A stretch of 64,000 nt of DNA, from NCBI RefSeq assembly GCF_031769215.1, contig NW_026782299.1:1736001-1800000 (forward strand), written 5' to 3'. Shown in pieces: positions 1-12,900 of this stretch. The notes beneath the pieces were generated by a model. It had not been told where the DNA came from and did not search any database. It saw only the letters and a list, made by a program, of their open reading frames with translations. The DNA is from Ylistrum balloti (Eukaryota). Each line of letters opens with the position of its first letter. The stretch's first letter is position 1. Both the position numbers and the translations under genes were made by a program.

Positions 1-1258
1 CTTGAAAACCTTTCCAATCATATTGCCTAATCTACTTTATCACTTTACAAATGTCTACTGCTTTCTGTGATTCCACTCTAATCCTTCTGCATACATCTGT
101 TCTCTATACCGACTTTTATAGTTATATAAGTGATTTGTGTAAATTTGCTGATTTAGAAAGAGAGGTCTTGTGTAGCGTTTACTTGGTTTGTATATTTGTG
201 AGAACTGTTTATCTCTATTGCCCTGTACTACCTAACAGGGTTCCATATGCTACAAGCCATGGTACAAGACCCGAATTCGACTGCAAACCAGTCCATGACA
301 GTTGTGCCTGGAGATTCCCACTATGTTTAACGTGTAATTGACGTAGGGTCTTAAACATGGAGTTTGTTTGTGTATTTTGCCTTTAAGAGCGCGCGTGTTT
401 AATAATAAAACGGCGAATATGAGACGTTGTCACTTCCGGTATCAAACAACGTGCGTGTACCCAAATTGAAAAAAAGGGAAAAGGGGATAAAACACAACAC
501 AACAATTTATTCTGTCGAAAGTCATGATTTTCCAGAACAATTGAGACGTAAGTATATATTTTGAACCATATGATATTCATTACCTCATAATTTTACCTTA
601 AATATGGAAATGAAGATAGGCGCTGCCGTGCACAGTAATACGTGTACGCCGATCGACGTTACGTCATATATTGTTTACGGCATGTAAGTGTACATGTACA
701 CAAATACAACAAAACATTGTTGTGTTTTCTAATTATCTTAAATATAGAGTATGTTCTTTGTTCTTTGAAAAATCCATAAAAATTTAAGCAATTCCAAAGC
801 ATTTATCAGCAAACATCCGTTGGTCAGTCTCAGATAAGTAGCCTAGGTAACCAGAAACTGATGTTGTACCTTTACACCAAAATTTCTTGTACAGGGATTC
901 TATCATTTTAGAGATATTTGAAACAGATAATCCTTTTACGATTTTATTTTGATATCTTTTAAGTTAAATGGGTATTAATGCGCCAACCTCACAGAACTAG
1001 GCATAGTTTGGTTTGTACTACATTGTATATATTTTGTCCTAAATAAGCATATACACTTATATTATATGGATCGTATTCATAAAACACCTGTACTATAATA
1101 TGTATAAAATAATATAGATATGATATTTTAGAAATAGAGGTAGGTTATTTTATTACCTGGTTCATGCAGTTGGGAGGATGGAAGGGAGATAATCAGAGTC
1201 AAAATCTGGTTTGGGTGTAGTCAGTAATATGAAAGAATGCCTTATACTGAAAAAAAAG

Positions 1259-1800
1259 TGTTACATTGTGACTGTGACACGTGTATCTAAGTATGGAGCT
1301 CATCCTCAGCTGGTTACAATGTGACTGTGACACGTGCATCTAAGTATAGAGCTCATCCTCAGCTGGTTACAATGTGACTGTGACACGTGTATCTAAGTAA
1401 GGAGCTCATTCTCAGCTGGTTACACTGTGGATGTGACACGTATATCTAAGTATGGATCTAATTCTCAGCTGGTTACAATGTGACTGTAACACGTGTATCT
1501 AAGTATGGAGCTCATCATCAGCTGGTTACAATGTGACTGTGACACGTGTATCTAAAGAGGGAGCTCATCCTCAGCTGGTTACACTGAATGTGGCACGTGT
1601 ATCTAATGATCCAGCTCATCCTCAGCTGGATACACTGTGACTGTGACACGTGTATCTAAGTATAGAGCTCATCCTCAGCTGTTTACATTGTGACTGTGAC
1701 ACGTGTATCTAAGTATGGATCTAATTCTCAGCTGGATACACTGTGACTGTAACACGTGTATCTAAGTATAGAGCTCATCCTCAGCTGGTTACAATGTGGC
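1259..1800. repeat. 53-bp tandem repeat, about 10 copies
   Basis: Unit GTTACAATGTGACTGTGACACGTGTATCTAAGTATGGAGCTCATCCTCAGCTG; TTACA recurs at 1261, 1314, 1367 and onward. Confidence 0.95.
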
Positions 1801-2053
1801 TGGACTGATTTTCAAACGACATTCAACAACCATATGGCTTAGGTCACTTTCCTTGATCTAAAAATCATTTGACATTTGACAGCATTGTTTACTGCAAACT
1901 GCAGCTTGAATTAAGGTGAATTTGAAATAATATAAAAGTATAATAACAAATAAGTCATGTACTTATTTCGTTTTGAGTTTTCTTTTATTAGTAAAGGTCA
2001 AATGGCATTGAAGCATTCCATTGCATATAAAAAATGGAACCTTCATTACATCA

Positions 2054-3306
2054 GACGGGTAGAGTCAGGGATGTCGGTTCTATATATGTTTAATATGACG
2101 GGTACAGTCAGGGATGTAGGTTCTATATATGTTTAATATGACGGGTACAGTCAGGGATGTAGGTTCTATATATGTTTAATATGACGGGTACAGTCAGGGA
2201 TGTAGGTTCTATATATGTTTAATGTGACGGGTACAGTCTGGGATGTAGGTTCTATATATGTTTAATATGACGGGTAGAGTCAGGGATGTAGGTTCTATAT
2301 ATGTTTAATATGACGGGTACAGTCAGGGATGTAGGTTATATATATGTTTAATGTGACGGGTACAGTCAGGGATGTAGGTTCTATATATGTTTAATGTGAC
2401 GGATACAGTCAGGGATGTAGGTTCTATATATGTTTGATATGACGGGTACAGTCTGGGATGTAGGTTCTATATATGTTTAATGTGACGGGTACAGTCAGGG
2501 ATGTAGGTTCTATATATGTTTAATGTGACGGATACAGTCAGGGATGTAGGTTCTATATATGTTTGATATGACGGGTACAGTCTGGGATGTGGGTTCTATA
2601 TATGTTTAATGTGACGGGTAGAGTCAGGGATGTAGGTTCTATATATGTTTAATGTAAAGGGAGTGAAGTCAGGGGTGTAGGTTCTATATATGTTTGATAT
2701 GACGGTACAGTCAGGGATGTAGGTTCTATATATGTTTAATGTAAAGGGAGTGAAGTCAGGGATGTAGGTTCTATATATGTTTAATGTAAAGGGAGTGAAG
2801 TCAGGGGTGTAGGTTCTATATATGTTTAATGTAAAGGGAGTGAAGTCAGGGGTGTAGGTTCTATATATGTTTGATATGACGGTACAGTCAGGGATGTAGG
2901 TTCTATATATGTTTAATGTAAAGGGAGTGAAGTCAGGGATGTAGGTTCTATATATGTTTAATGTAAAGGGAGTGAAGTCAGGGATGTTGAACTTTTATAT
3001 ATGTTTAATGTAAAGGGAGTGAAGTCAGGGATGTAGGTTCTATATATGTTTAATGTGACTGGTACTGTCAGGGATGTAGGTTCTATATATGTTTAATGTG
3101 ACTGGTACTGTCAGGGATGTAGGTTCTATATATGTTTAATGTGACGGGTACAGTCTGGGATGTAGGTTCTATATATGTTTAATGTGACGGGTACAGTCTG
3201 GGATGTAGGTTCTATATATGTTTAATGTGACTGGTACTGTCAGGGATGTAGGTTCTATATATGTTTAATGTGACTGGTACTGTCAGGGATGTAGGTTCTA
3301 TATATG
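2054..3306. repeat. 43-bp (variant 45-bp) tandem repeat A, about 29 copies
   Basis: Unit GACGGGTACAGTCAGGGATGTAGGTTCTATATATGTTTAATAT; an internal block (about 2650-3030) carries the variant AATGTAAAGGGAGTGAAGTCAGGG. Confidence 0.95.
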
Positions 3307-3394
3307 TCATGTTGTGAATACAGGTTTATATATTTTCCTATCCATTTTATTACTGAACCTATAAATATAAGTACATAGGAACGATACATATTTT

Positions 3395-4268
3395 ATGTCA
3401 CGGGTACAAGTAAGTATGTGTTTCCTGTCCATGTTTTATGTTACGGGTACAGATAGGTATATACTTCCTGTCCATGTTTTATGTTACGGGTACAGATAGG
3501 TATATACTTCCTGTCCATGTTTTATGTTACGGGTACAGATAGGTATGTACTTCCTGTCCATGTTTTATGTTACGGGTACAGATAGGTATATACTTCCTGT
3601 CCATGTTTTATGTTACGGGTACAGATAGGTATGTACTTCCTGTCCATATCTTATGTTACGGGTACAGATAGGTATGTACTTCCTGTCCATGTTTTATGTT
3701 ACGGGTACAGATAGGTATATACTTCCTGTCCATGTTTTATGTTACGGGTACAGATAGGTATGTTCTTCCTGTCCATGTTTTATGTTATGGGTACAGATAG
3801 GTATGTACTTCCTGTCCATATCTTATGTTACGGGTACAGATAGGCATGTACTTCCTGTCCATAACTTATGTTACGGGTACAGATAGGTATGTACTTCCTG
3901 TCCATATCTTATGTCACGGCATGTACAGTTTTATGTTACAGGTATGTATGTACTTCCTGTCCATGTTTTATGTTACAGGTCTTATGTCACGGGTACAGAT
4001 AGGTATGTTCTTCCTGTCCATATCTTATGTCACGGGTACAGATAGGTATGTACTTCCTGTCCATATCTTATGTCACGGGTACAGATAGGTATGTACTTCC
4101 TGTCCATATCTTATGTCACGGGTACAGATAGGTATGTACTTCCTGTCCATGTTTTATGTTATGGGTACAGATAGGTATGTACTTCCTGTCCATGTTTTAT
4201 GTTACAGGTACAGACAGGTATGTACTTCCTGTCCATATCTTATGTTACGGGTACAGATAGGTATGTAC
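3395..4268. repeat. 43-bp tandem repeat B, about 20 copies
   Basis: Unit GTTACGGGTACAGATAGGTATGTACTTCCTGTCCATGTTTTAT; explains spurious ORF 3825-4088. Confidence 0.95.
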
Positions 4269-5290
4269 ATGTAGGTTTTAGGGGATGGATATAGATACAA
4301 TGTAAATAGGTATCATATTTCCTGTGCCTGTTTTATACGACTAACACCTTAAGTGTAGTTTGATGTGTACAATGAAGCTCACTTGCCCCAAGGTTTAATG
4401 CGACGAATTCTGTTAAGAAGTAGCTATATACACGTATTTTGATCATTTTTTAAACTACAAACCCCTCTACTTCTGACACGATTAGATTTCCTTAAGTATC
4501 ACCAGATATTTATATAACAAATGGACATATGTAATAAAAGTTTATAATTGGTCAAAACTCCTACGGCTTGTCATATTTGATAAATATATATGTTCTGTAA
4601 GCACTTCCAATATATGTATATATCATTCCTATACAATATTTGCTGGAATGGAAAAATTATCAGCAGAATTGAGAGATCATATCACATGCATATAGATTGC
4701 ACACTACAGTCCATATATGTTATGTTTTTTATTAAAACAAATCTGTCGTGGCCAAACACGTCACTTGGTCTATGCAGTATAGTCCGGAGACCAAGGACAC
4801 ACCCTACACAATCTCCAGTACCCACGCTTTACGAGATGATGTAGCTGACAGCTCCAAAGGTCGTGGAGTCTACGAAACCATCATACTGGACATACTTTGT
4901 AGTAGGCGACGATGTTAATGACCGCTGTCAGAGGTCTTGACCACTGACATTTAATCTGGACAAGGAATGTGGTCAGTTATGAGCAAGTGGCTACACGAGG
5001 GACTGAAAGGCCGAGTTTGACAGATGTAGGAGTGGCTTCGAACAATGGATGTGAAGCGTAGCGTTTAAAAGATATTTATTGTCCAGACAGTTGTATAACT
5101 ATTGGCTGGGTCATGACCACAGTTGTCCGCCAGCCCCGACACAAACAACAGCTGTCCCATACCGGCGGATTTACCTCAGAACTGTGCGTGGCTAAACTTG
5201 ATCAATGCTACACGACATATTCTCCAAAGCAAAAACATTTGGTATGTAAAAGTGGTGTTCTACAAATTACTGGAAATTAATTGATACAAG

Positions 5291-6799
5291 ATGGCGTTTA
5301 TTCCAGGGACACTGGTTTGTTGTTTGTCTGTATCACCGATTGTTATGCTCGGATGTGTAATAGTATTTTCGTTGGTTTGGGCATCTAGGAACCGGAAATC
5401 GGCCTCCACGGCACCTGGTCCGTTTCCTTGGCCTCTTATCGGAAATTTGGCAAGTCTTGGTAAAAAGCCTCATGAATATCTAACACAACTTCGAGCGAAG
5501 TATGGAGATGTGTTTCAAATCACAATGGGAAGTACTCCGACTATAGTATTGAATGGTCTTAAAACGATTCGGTCGGCCATGATTAAACAAGCCGAAGACT
5601 TTGCGGGTCGACCTGACTTTTATTCCTTCAAATTTATAGCCAACGGTAACAGTATGGGATTTGGAGATTTCGGACCTCGATGGAAAATGCATCGCCGAAT
5701 TGCCCAAAACTCTCTGGCCCTTTTCACCAATAAACGGAACAACCCAATAGAAATGGCCATAGCGTCGGAGGCAGACGTACTAACCAGCAATCTCATAGCC
5801 TCCGATGGCGCGCCGTTCAATCCCCACAACGAGATCTACCTGTCAGTTGGTAACATTATCTGTGCTCTGTGTTTCGGTAAACGTTACCAGCGGGACGATG
5901 AGGATTTCACTCATTTAATAAAAATGAATGATGAATTTATGGCATTCGCAGGTGCTGGCAACCCCGTCGACATCATGCCGTGGATGAGACATTTCACTAA
6001 AGGTTCGTTCAAAAAGTTTATTGGTATCTTGGACACCATGAACAAATTTAGCTTGAAGAAACGACAGGAACATTTAGACACGTATGACGCGTCTCAAATG
6101 CGGGATATAACCGACGCCCTTATCAAAGCAACCCACGATATCCCAGAGGAAGAAAAGGAGGCCGTCGGACTTACGAACGAGCACATCCTAACAACGGTTC
6201 AAGAACTGATTGGTGCAGGATTCGACACCATCGCCAGTAGTCTACAGTGGTCAGTGTTATTCATGGCCACGCATCCGGATGTTCAGGAAGCTGCGCACGC
6301 AGAAATCCGAGAGAAAGTCGGTCTCCGGCAAATTTCGTTTGACGATATAGAAAATCTGCCATACATTGAGGCATGTCTTTTCGAGACTATGCGTCACTCA
6401 TGCATCTTTCCCTTCGCATTGCCACACAGCACAACCCGGGATACTGTCCTTGACGGACATTTCATCAGAGCAAATACTCTGGTATTCGTCAATCTGTGGT
6501 CTGTCAATCGTGACCCGGAAGTGTTTAATAACCCCAATAAATTTGACCCTTCAAGATTTTTAGATTCTCAAGGAAATGTTGACAAGACCATGACTGACAT
6601 GTTCCTTCCGTTCGGCGCAGGAAGACGAAAATGTCCAGGAGAACAACTTGCAAGGATGGAGCTGTTTATGTTTTTCGCATCAATGATTCAAAAATGTTTA
6701 TTCAAAACGATCCCCGGAAAAAAGCCCGTTATTGACAGCAAATACGGACTAACGCTTAAACCGCTGGACTTCCAGGTGGCCGTATCTGTTAGACAATAG
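5291..6799 (+). CDS. CYP1: Cytochrome P450, CYP1-family-like (clan 2), uninterrupted 502-aa CDS
   Basis: N-terminal hydrophobic anchor, PGPFPWPLIGN hinge, FAGRPD, C-helix WKMHRR, I-helix AGFDT (typical of CYP1), K-helix ETMR, FDPSRF, heme motif FLPFGAGRRKCPGEQLA. Family assignment is from motifs; subfamily cannot be resolved. Confidence 0.93.
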   Translation: MAFIPGTLVCCLSVSPIVMLGCVIVFSLVWASRNRKSASTAPGPFPWPLIGNLASLGKKPHEYLTQLRAKYGDVFQITMGSTPTIVLNGLKTIRSAMIKQAEDFAGRPDFYSFKFIANGNSMGFGDFGPRWKMHRRIAQNSLALFTNKRNNPIEMAIASEADVLTSNLIASDGAPFNPHNEIYLSVGNIICALCFGKRYQRDDEDFTHLIKMNDEFMAFAGAGNPVDIMPWMRHFTKGSFKKFIGILDTMNKFSLKKRQEHLDTYDASQMRDITDALIKATHDIPEEEKEAVGLTNEHILTTVQELIGAGFDTIASSLQWSVLFMATHPDVQEAAHAEIREKVGLRQISFDDIENLPYIEACLFETMRHSCIFPFALPHSTTRDTVLDGHFIRANTLVFVNLWSVNRDPEVFNNPNKFDPSRFLDSQGNVDKTMTDMFLPFGAGRRKCPGEQLARMELFMFFASMIQKCLFKTIPGKKPVIDSKYGLTLKPLDFQVAVSVRQ

Positions 6800-7063
6800 G
6801 CAGATTTGTTTACGCGCGTGCAGTAACCACATTTCCACACGTCCGCCTTGATGATAGTAGTGCCTCGTTCGTCCTTTCGTCCGTCAAACTATTCACATTG
6901 TATGCAGAATATCGAGTTAAGTAACCTGACACGTATACGTGATCTTTACATCAAGGTCCCGAAATGAATAGGCAGTACTAATAGTGATATAATCCCCCCG
7001 ACCCCCAAGAATACTGATGCATGAGTAAAATAGCTGACAGATTAAGAATACAGGTCTTGAACG

Positions 7064-7223
7064 GGTCCCGGTTTCATGGATATTCCTTACTTTTTCCTTA
7101 ACTTGAAATTACTCAACGGAAAGCACAACATAAGTTACGAAACCCTCCTTAAATGTAAGGTAAGTAAATGTTTTTCTATCACAGTGAGTGAAGATGTTAA
7201 GGAATATCCACGAAACTGGGGCC
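7064..7223. mobile_element. MITE with about 26-bp terminal inverted repeats, in the probable CYP 3' UTR
   Basis: Left GGTCCCGGTTTCATGGATATTCCTTA versus reverse complement of right end GGCCCCAGTTTCGTGGATATTCCTTA; target-site duplication not clean. Confidence 0.75.
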
Positions 7224-7602
7224 TTGACGTGTGGTCACTATCCTATTTATAGGAGCTTTACATACTGCATGCTTCAGGTGCTTTATGAAACATACGACTG
7301 TTTTGTTTTCAAGGTTACAGAAGGTCACCGTCACTGTTTACAGAAAGTCAGTAACAATGCCATGCACGTCTGCTGCGTTTAACACAGTATTTTTGCAAAC
7401 ATTTTTAATTATATAAAATGTGTGTGCAGCTTTCTCAGTACAGTACGAATTGAGTTTTTTTTAACTTTACTCATTTATCTGTAACGGTAACGGAGTCATA
7501 TTGTTTTATGACAGACATGTTATGTGTTGTATGGGGTATATTTAATTGATATTACTATAAAGGACAGTAATATGTGTGTAACCTACTATGTTTTTTATAA
7601 AT

Positions 7603-7608
7603 AATAAA
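7603..7608 (+). promoter_or_regulatory. Candidate polyadenylation signal for the CYP gene
   Basis: AATAAA about 800 nt after the stop, followed by T-rich sequence. Confidence 0.45.
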
Positions 7609-9075
7609 TCATGTTTAACTCTTTAACGCATTGTTTTCATGTTATGTATTACCGCTAAATATAAGACCAGTAGAATGCAGCATATGCATGGTTTAATAAC
7701 GTGCTAAATAGGCATGCTCAACAGTCTGTCAAATGTATTACCTTATCAAAGCGAGTCATTTAAACTACGTTCTGTAAGGTGATTGGTCTTATCAATCACT
7801 ATTAGACTGATTTAATACATGAGACCTGTCAATTTGACATCAGGTTTTTGGTTCGGGTCTCACTAACAATTCACTAGAACAATTTAACAGGGATGAGTCA
7901 CAGAGACAAGAAATCTGCTAACACAAACAGCCACATTCCTGGCTGAGCTAGGACTCTTGGTTTCAAACCTTTAGACACAGTTGGGGAAGTTGATATTTTG
8001 CTGTACATGGGTATATATGCTGTTTAGAATTTTGATGTTTAACGCGAGAAAATTGTTTTGAATGTAAGACTCGGAGGATAAAACGTTCACCTATTAAAAT
8101 ACGTAAATAATACAACTGACTTTGAGTAAAACTACGACATTGAATTTATGTTTTATTGGAATATTTACATTTTTCCAAACAAATTTGCTCTTGACGTTGT
8201 TAGATGTTAAGAAGAATATAAACGTGCCATATTATTAATTTTGAACTGATTTATATTAATTATGTGTTAAAAGCCCTCCTGGAGGACCACAAGATCAAAA
8301 ATAGGAATTCTGATAAAGTTTTACTTTCTAGATAAGCCTGTTCAAGCTTTCGTATGCATGTGATTGGTCTGGTATTGGTTTAGTACGGATCGACGGTGAA
8401 GATCACTTCTCTGTAACTTATCATTCAGGATCTCACTAATTGTTTACAGATGGAAGAATGATTAACAAAACCATCAAGAGGACATTCTGTAAAAAAATCG
8501 TCCGACAAGTCTCATCAATGCCAGAAAGCCATTCTGCCTGGTACGTTTAAAAAACCAAACGTTCGTATAACTAATGACAATGAATAGTTAACTTCGTTTC
8601 GAATAATAGCAGTAATTTCAACGTAAGCTGTCAAAATCCAAGATGGCAGTCTGTTGGCCATCTTACTCGTCTAGTTATCCTTTGTAATGGATTTAACATA
8701 CTAGTACACATCTACGTTCCAAGTGGTACTCTACTTCGTCCAACGTATACGTGTATCAGTTATTTAGGGACTCAGATTCAGTCCCCTGGGCTGTGCTATG
8801 ATCTTCATTTCGGACTCGCTCAAAGCTTGTGGACCCAGAATATCTCTTGATATGGGACTCATTATTTTGGATATTGTGCCCTGATCTCGCTTGTAAAATT
8901 GTATATGGAAAGTACCGGAACGTAGAGCTATACACTAAATTAGCAGTATAATCGGCTATATTCCAAATATTGAACGTTCGATTCCTGAGATGAAGACGCT
9001 TTTAAACGGCTAGCCCAATGACGGATTTGAAATTCAACCATAATGTGATGATGGACTGAAACGGCTAAAAAACCA

Positions 9076-9968
9076 AAACAAGAGGCCCAAGGGGCCTTAA
9101 CGGTCACCTGAAGAATATATGTCAATAATCTGGAGAGATTAAAATGTTGCAAAAATGTAACAACACTTGTGCAGGACCATGTGTAAAACATCTGTACCAA
9201 GTTTGAAGATGAGAGGAAGTCCATAATGTCTTAGCCAAACAGAGGCCAGGGTGGCCATCTTGGATTTTGAATCGCCCCAGAAACTTGCCAGGACCTTGTG
9301 TAGAACATTTGTATCAAGTTTCCCCTTTTCCCCACTATTGGGGCCACGCCCTTTTTCTTCCCAAACTTGAAGCGGCTTCCCATGGGGATGCTTTGTGCCA
9401 AGTTTGGTTAAAATCCATTTAATGGTTCTTGAGAAGAAGTCATTTAAAGAAGGTTTTTACATATGGCCCCTTTTACTCCCCTTATGGGCCCCAAAGGGGA
9501 CATAATCTCTTTTTTCAACATAATTTCATATGTTCTTCACTAAGGGATGCTTTCTACCAAATTTGGTTAAAATTGGTCAAAGTTGAATTTTTGACCCTTT
9601 TGAGCGCCCCCTAGTGGGGCAGTTTTTGACCCGATTATTTTTTCATTCGCAAACTTTGTAGACCATGCCATAAGGACCGTAAATATCAAATAGGAACTAA
9701 ATCTGACTGTTGGTTCATGTGAAGAAGATTTTTAAAGATTTACCTAATTTTACCCCCTTTTTCCCCCTCCTGGGGCCCCTATTGGGGCCATGCCCTTTTC
9801 CTTCGCAAACTTGAAGCGGCTTCCCATGGGGATGCTTTGTGCCAAGTTTGGTCAAAATCCATTCAGTGGTTCTTGAGAAGAAGTCGAATATGTGAAAGTT
9901 TACGATGCACGACAGCATGTCATGATGGCAATAGGTCACCATGAGCCTTTGGCTCAGGCGACCTAAAA
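9076..9968 (+). mobile_element. Non-autonomous Helentron/HINE-like interspersed element
   Basis: Starts AAACAAGAGGCCC...GGTCACCTGA and ends GGTCACCATGAGCCTTTGGCTCAGGCGACCTAAAA (subterminal repeat plus hairpin); internal duplicated block at about 9340-9440 and 9782-9885. Architecture matches bivalve HINE/pearl-type elements. Confidence 0.7.
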
Positions 9969-12900
9969 AACCCATGGGCCATAACGGTCACCATAGATCT
10001 TCAGGCCATTTGACAGTTTTAGAATCTGTCCACAAGTCTCAGCTTTTGGGTGGCAGAATAGAACTGATATACGCATACTTACAAAGTGTTCTATTCTTTC
10101 TAAGTTGAAGGGCTTAAGTTTCAAACAGAACTGATAACACTGTGTGATGTCGTAGTTTAGCTTACTGACCCCTGTGACTTTGAATAAAGGCCAAAGTCAT
10201 CCATTTGAACAAACGTGAAAGACCTTCATCCCAGCATGCTACTGGCCTAATATCAGCATCCTGTGCCTTTTGGTTATTAAGAAGTCAATTGTTTACGACA
10301 GACTACAATGAAGCAAGGAAAAAAAAACTGCAAAATAAAATTCTCAAAACACCTGATGTGTCAAATTACTGGCTTTGATTAGTTACAATATGTTTCATCA
10401 AAATTAATCAAGGACTGATGAGCTTTTGTTGGCCATTAGTGACCTCGTTACCATAATAGCCAAATTTCTGTTGATAAAAAACCCTACATGTAAATCCTAC
10501 TAGTCCCTAACATCGTGTTATATAGTACACAACAAACACAAAGACAGGGCTACATAAATATCTTTATTGTGTAATATTACCACTGTGTATTACATTCAAT
10601 TAGCTTATTCACATGGTGTAACAAGTGTCATTTGAGAAGACAATCTCCTACATGATCAGTCGGTGAAAAAACAATTTTCTAAAGTGCTTTACAAATAAAT
10701 CCTCCAACCACTTTCACTAAAACATCAAACTTTTGGAAGTTTCAATATGTCACTAATTAAATGGATTACAAAAGGTAACTTATGAATCATAAAAACAGTG
10801 TGATTTGGCTTTATATTGCATCTACATAAAATGAAATGATATACAATGGCCTGTGCCCAGTGAAGCCTCCACAACCCACCGAGGTATCATCTTTCATCAT
10901 TAGAGACACAATGAAGTTACAAATTAGTGTACCTTGTACAATATAGTATGTCGTAAGTCATTAAGATAGTGAATTAATATTACTCATTAATCATGAAATG
11001 GAATAGGTTCATAGTTGAACTATTAATATGTCCGACTCAAATTGATAATGTATTAACTATGTCTGTTATTGCATTCTCATTATCACAGTGCAATCTTTTT
11101 TTTTGTTTTAGTTTTTTTTTCAAACATGCATAGATTTGAATACCGTGGAATATGAAGTATAGCAATGTTGGATCATTTTTAAGGATGATATCTTAGTATA
11201 AACCTATTTTGTGTTCAAGTTAATCTAAGCGATTGAACCAGCATAGTTTGTTTATGAAATAAGGACAGACCTACCTATCTATTTTGCTTTCTAACAGCCC
11301 TGACAGAGACAATGCAAGTCTTTAAAATGAGCAGGTCCGTCATGACTTAGAAGGTATACAGTAGGCTCACACCAGTACATGGACAGGAATTCCACAATAC
11401 AGGGGAGATAACTCCACAAAAAAAATAACAAAGGCACACAAAAATTGTAACAGATCTACACTTGCTCAGGGAAAACACCTGCATGTAGTTAACCATGTAC
11501 AAAAAGTCAGAAAAGCTTTTTTTATAACAATAATCTATAATAACATCATTTAACTCTTTGGTTGACAATTTATAGCAAATATAAGGGATCATTACACTAA
11601 TATTTCTATAATACCTGAACATTGAAACTTTCACCAATTTTATTTCTAAAATGAAAGTTAAACATGAAGTATATGTCCCAACTTCTCTTTTGTGCTTTTG
11701 GTTGTCATTAACATAAACATCTTGCATTATATTGCAAATGACACAAAAACACAGTTCTTAGGGTAAGATTTAAATTATTTCCTCAAAAGAAAAGATCTTT
11801 GTCAAATATAATAACCTGCATTAATCTGGAACACTCTCAATAATCAAACCTTATCTTTCTATCACAAAAACAACATTTTGGCAATTTTTTACACTCTTTT
11901 GATGTCAAATATCTCCATTTAACAGTCAATTCCTTGAATTGGAATGATGGTCATGAATAAGTCAGTTAGAGTACCAGACTCATGGATATGACATAGTATC
12001 AAACTTTCCTTTCATAACAAAGTGCTCAAATATATTGTATTGCAAGATTGACTTAGAAAGAATTATAAAGAATTTACAAATAACACTGATGCTTCAACAT
12101 CACAATTGTCAAAGAGCAAATTTGAATGGACTCAATATCTGCAGTAATTTGGTCTTAAAGAAAGAAGGAAAATCTCATGATCATAGTTACATATTTACCA
12201 ACAATCTTAATTGTTTCTATTACACTTTAAAAGTACATTTTTCTCGAAACCAAAAACAACAGACAAGATTTAGATATCATGCCAACCATAAAAATATAGC
12301 TAAACCTTTGTTCAACTTCGTTACTGAAAACTACTACTTGTAGTTTATAATGAAATAAAATCAAATTTTCTAACAAGCGAAAATTTTAAATTGTGTTTTC
12401 AGACAAAAAGTTTCACAGGAAGCAACTGATAAAATGACATAGGAAAAGATAAATCTGACCTATCAGCAGTAAATTATTACAGTTGATACAGACAATTTCC
12501 ATTTTTTAGATTGATAAAAATTTCAGATCTGACTAATCTACATCACTTTTGAAAGGTAATGATTTCAGGAAAATCTGATGTATCATAGATGTAAATATGA
12601 AATTCTTTTATATATTAAATGAATTTTAATATTCATAATTTGCTTTGAAATCATTCCAAAGAAAAAACATAATGAAGTCAAGCATTTGTTAACAAAACTT
12701 ACAGGTATATAAATCAAGCAATTGTAAAGAAAATTTACAGGTATTACTTGTGAAATGATGCAGTGCATATGGAAATATGGTGATCAGAAATACCACTGAA
12801 ACTCCTTTGGCAGGGGTGGAGCAATAATTTTAAGAAGAAATTGCCATCCTCCACTGGCTTTGCATGGTCAACATGACACATTGTATTCAGTGAACTTCAG

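Noticed and set aside
1259-1800. Hammerhead on the minus strand of the 53-bp repeat (CTGAGGA)
   Set aside because: No stem II followed by GAAA and no NUH triplet in register.
11347-11727. Short AT-rich ORFs across 10-17 kb and similar regions
   Set aside because: No recognisable domains; composition is typical of chance ORFs in UTR or intron sequence.
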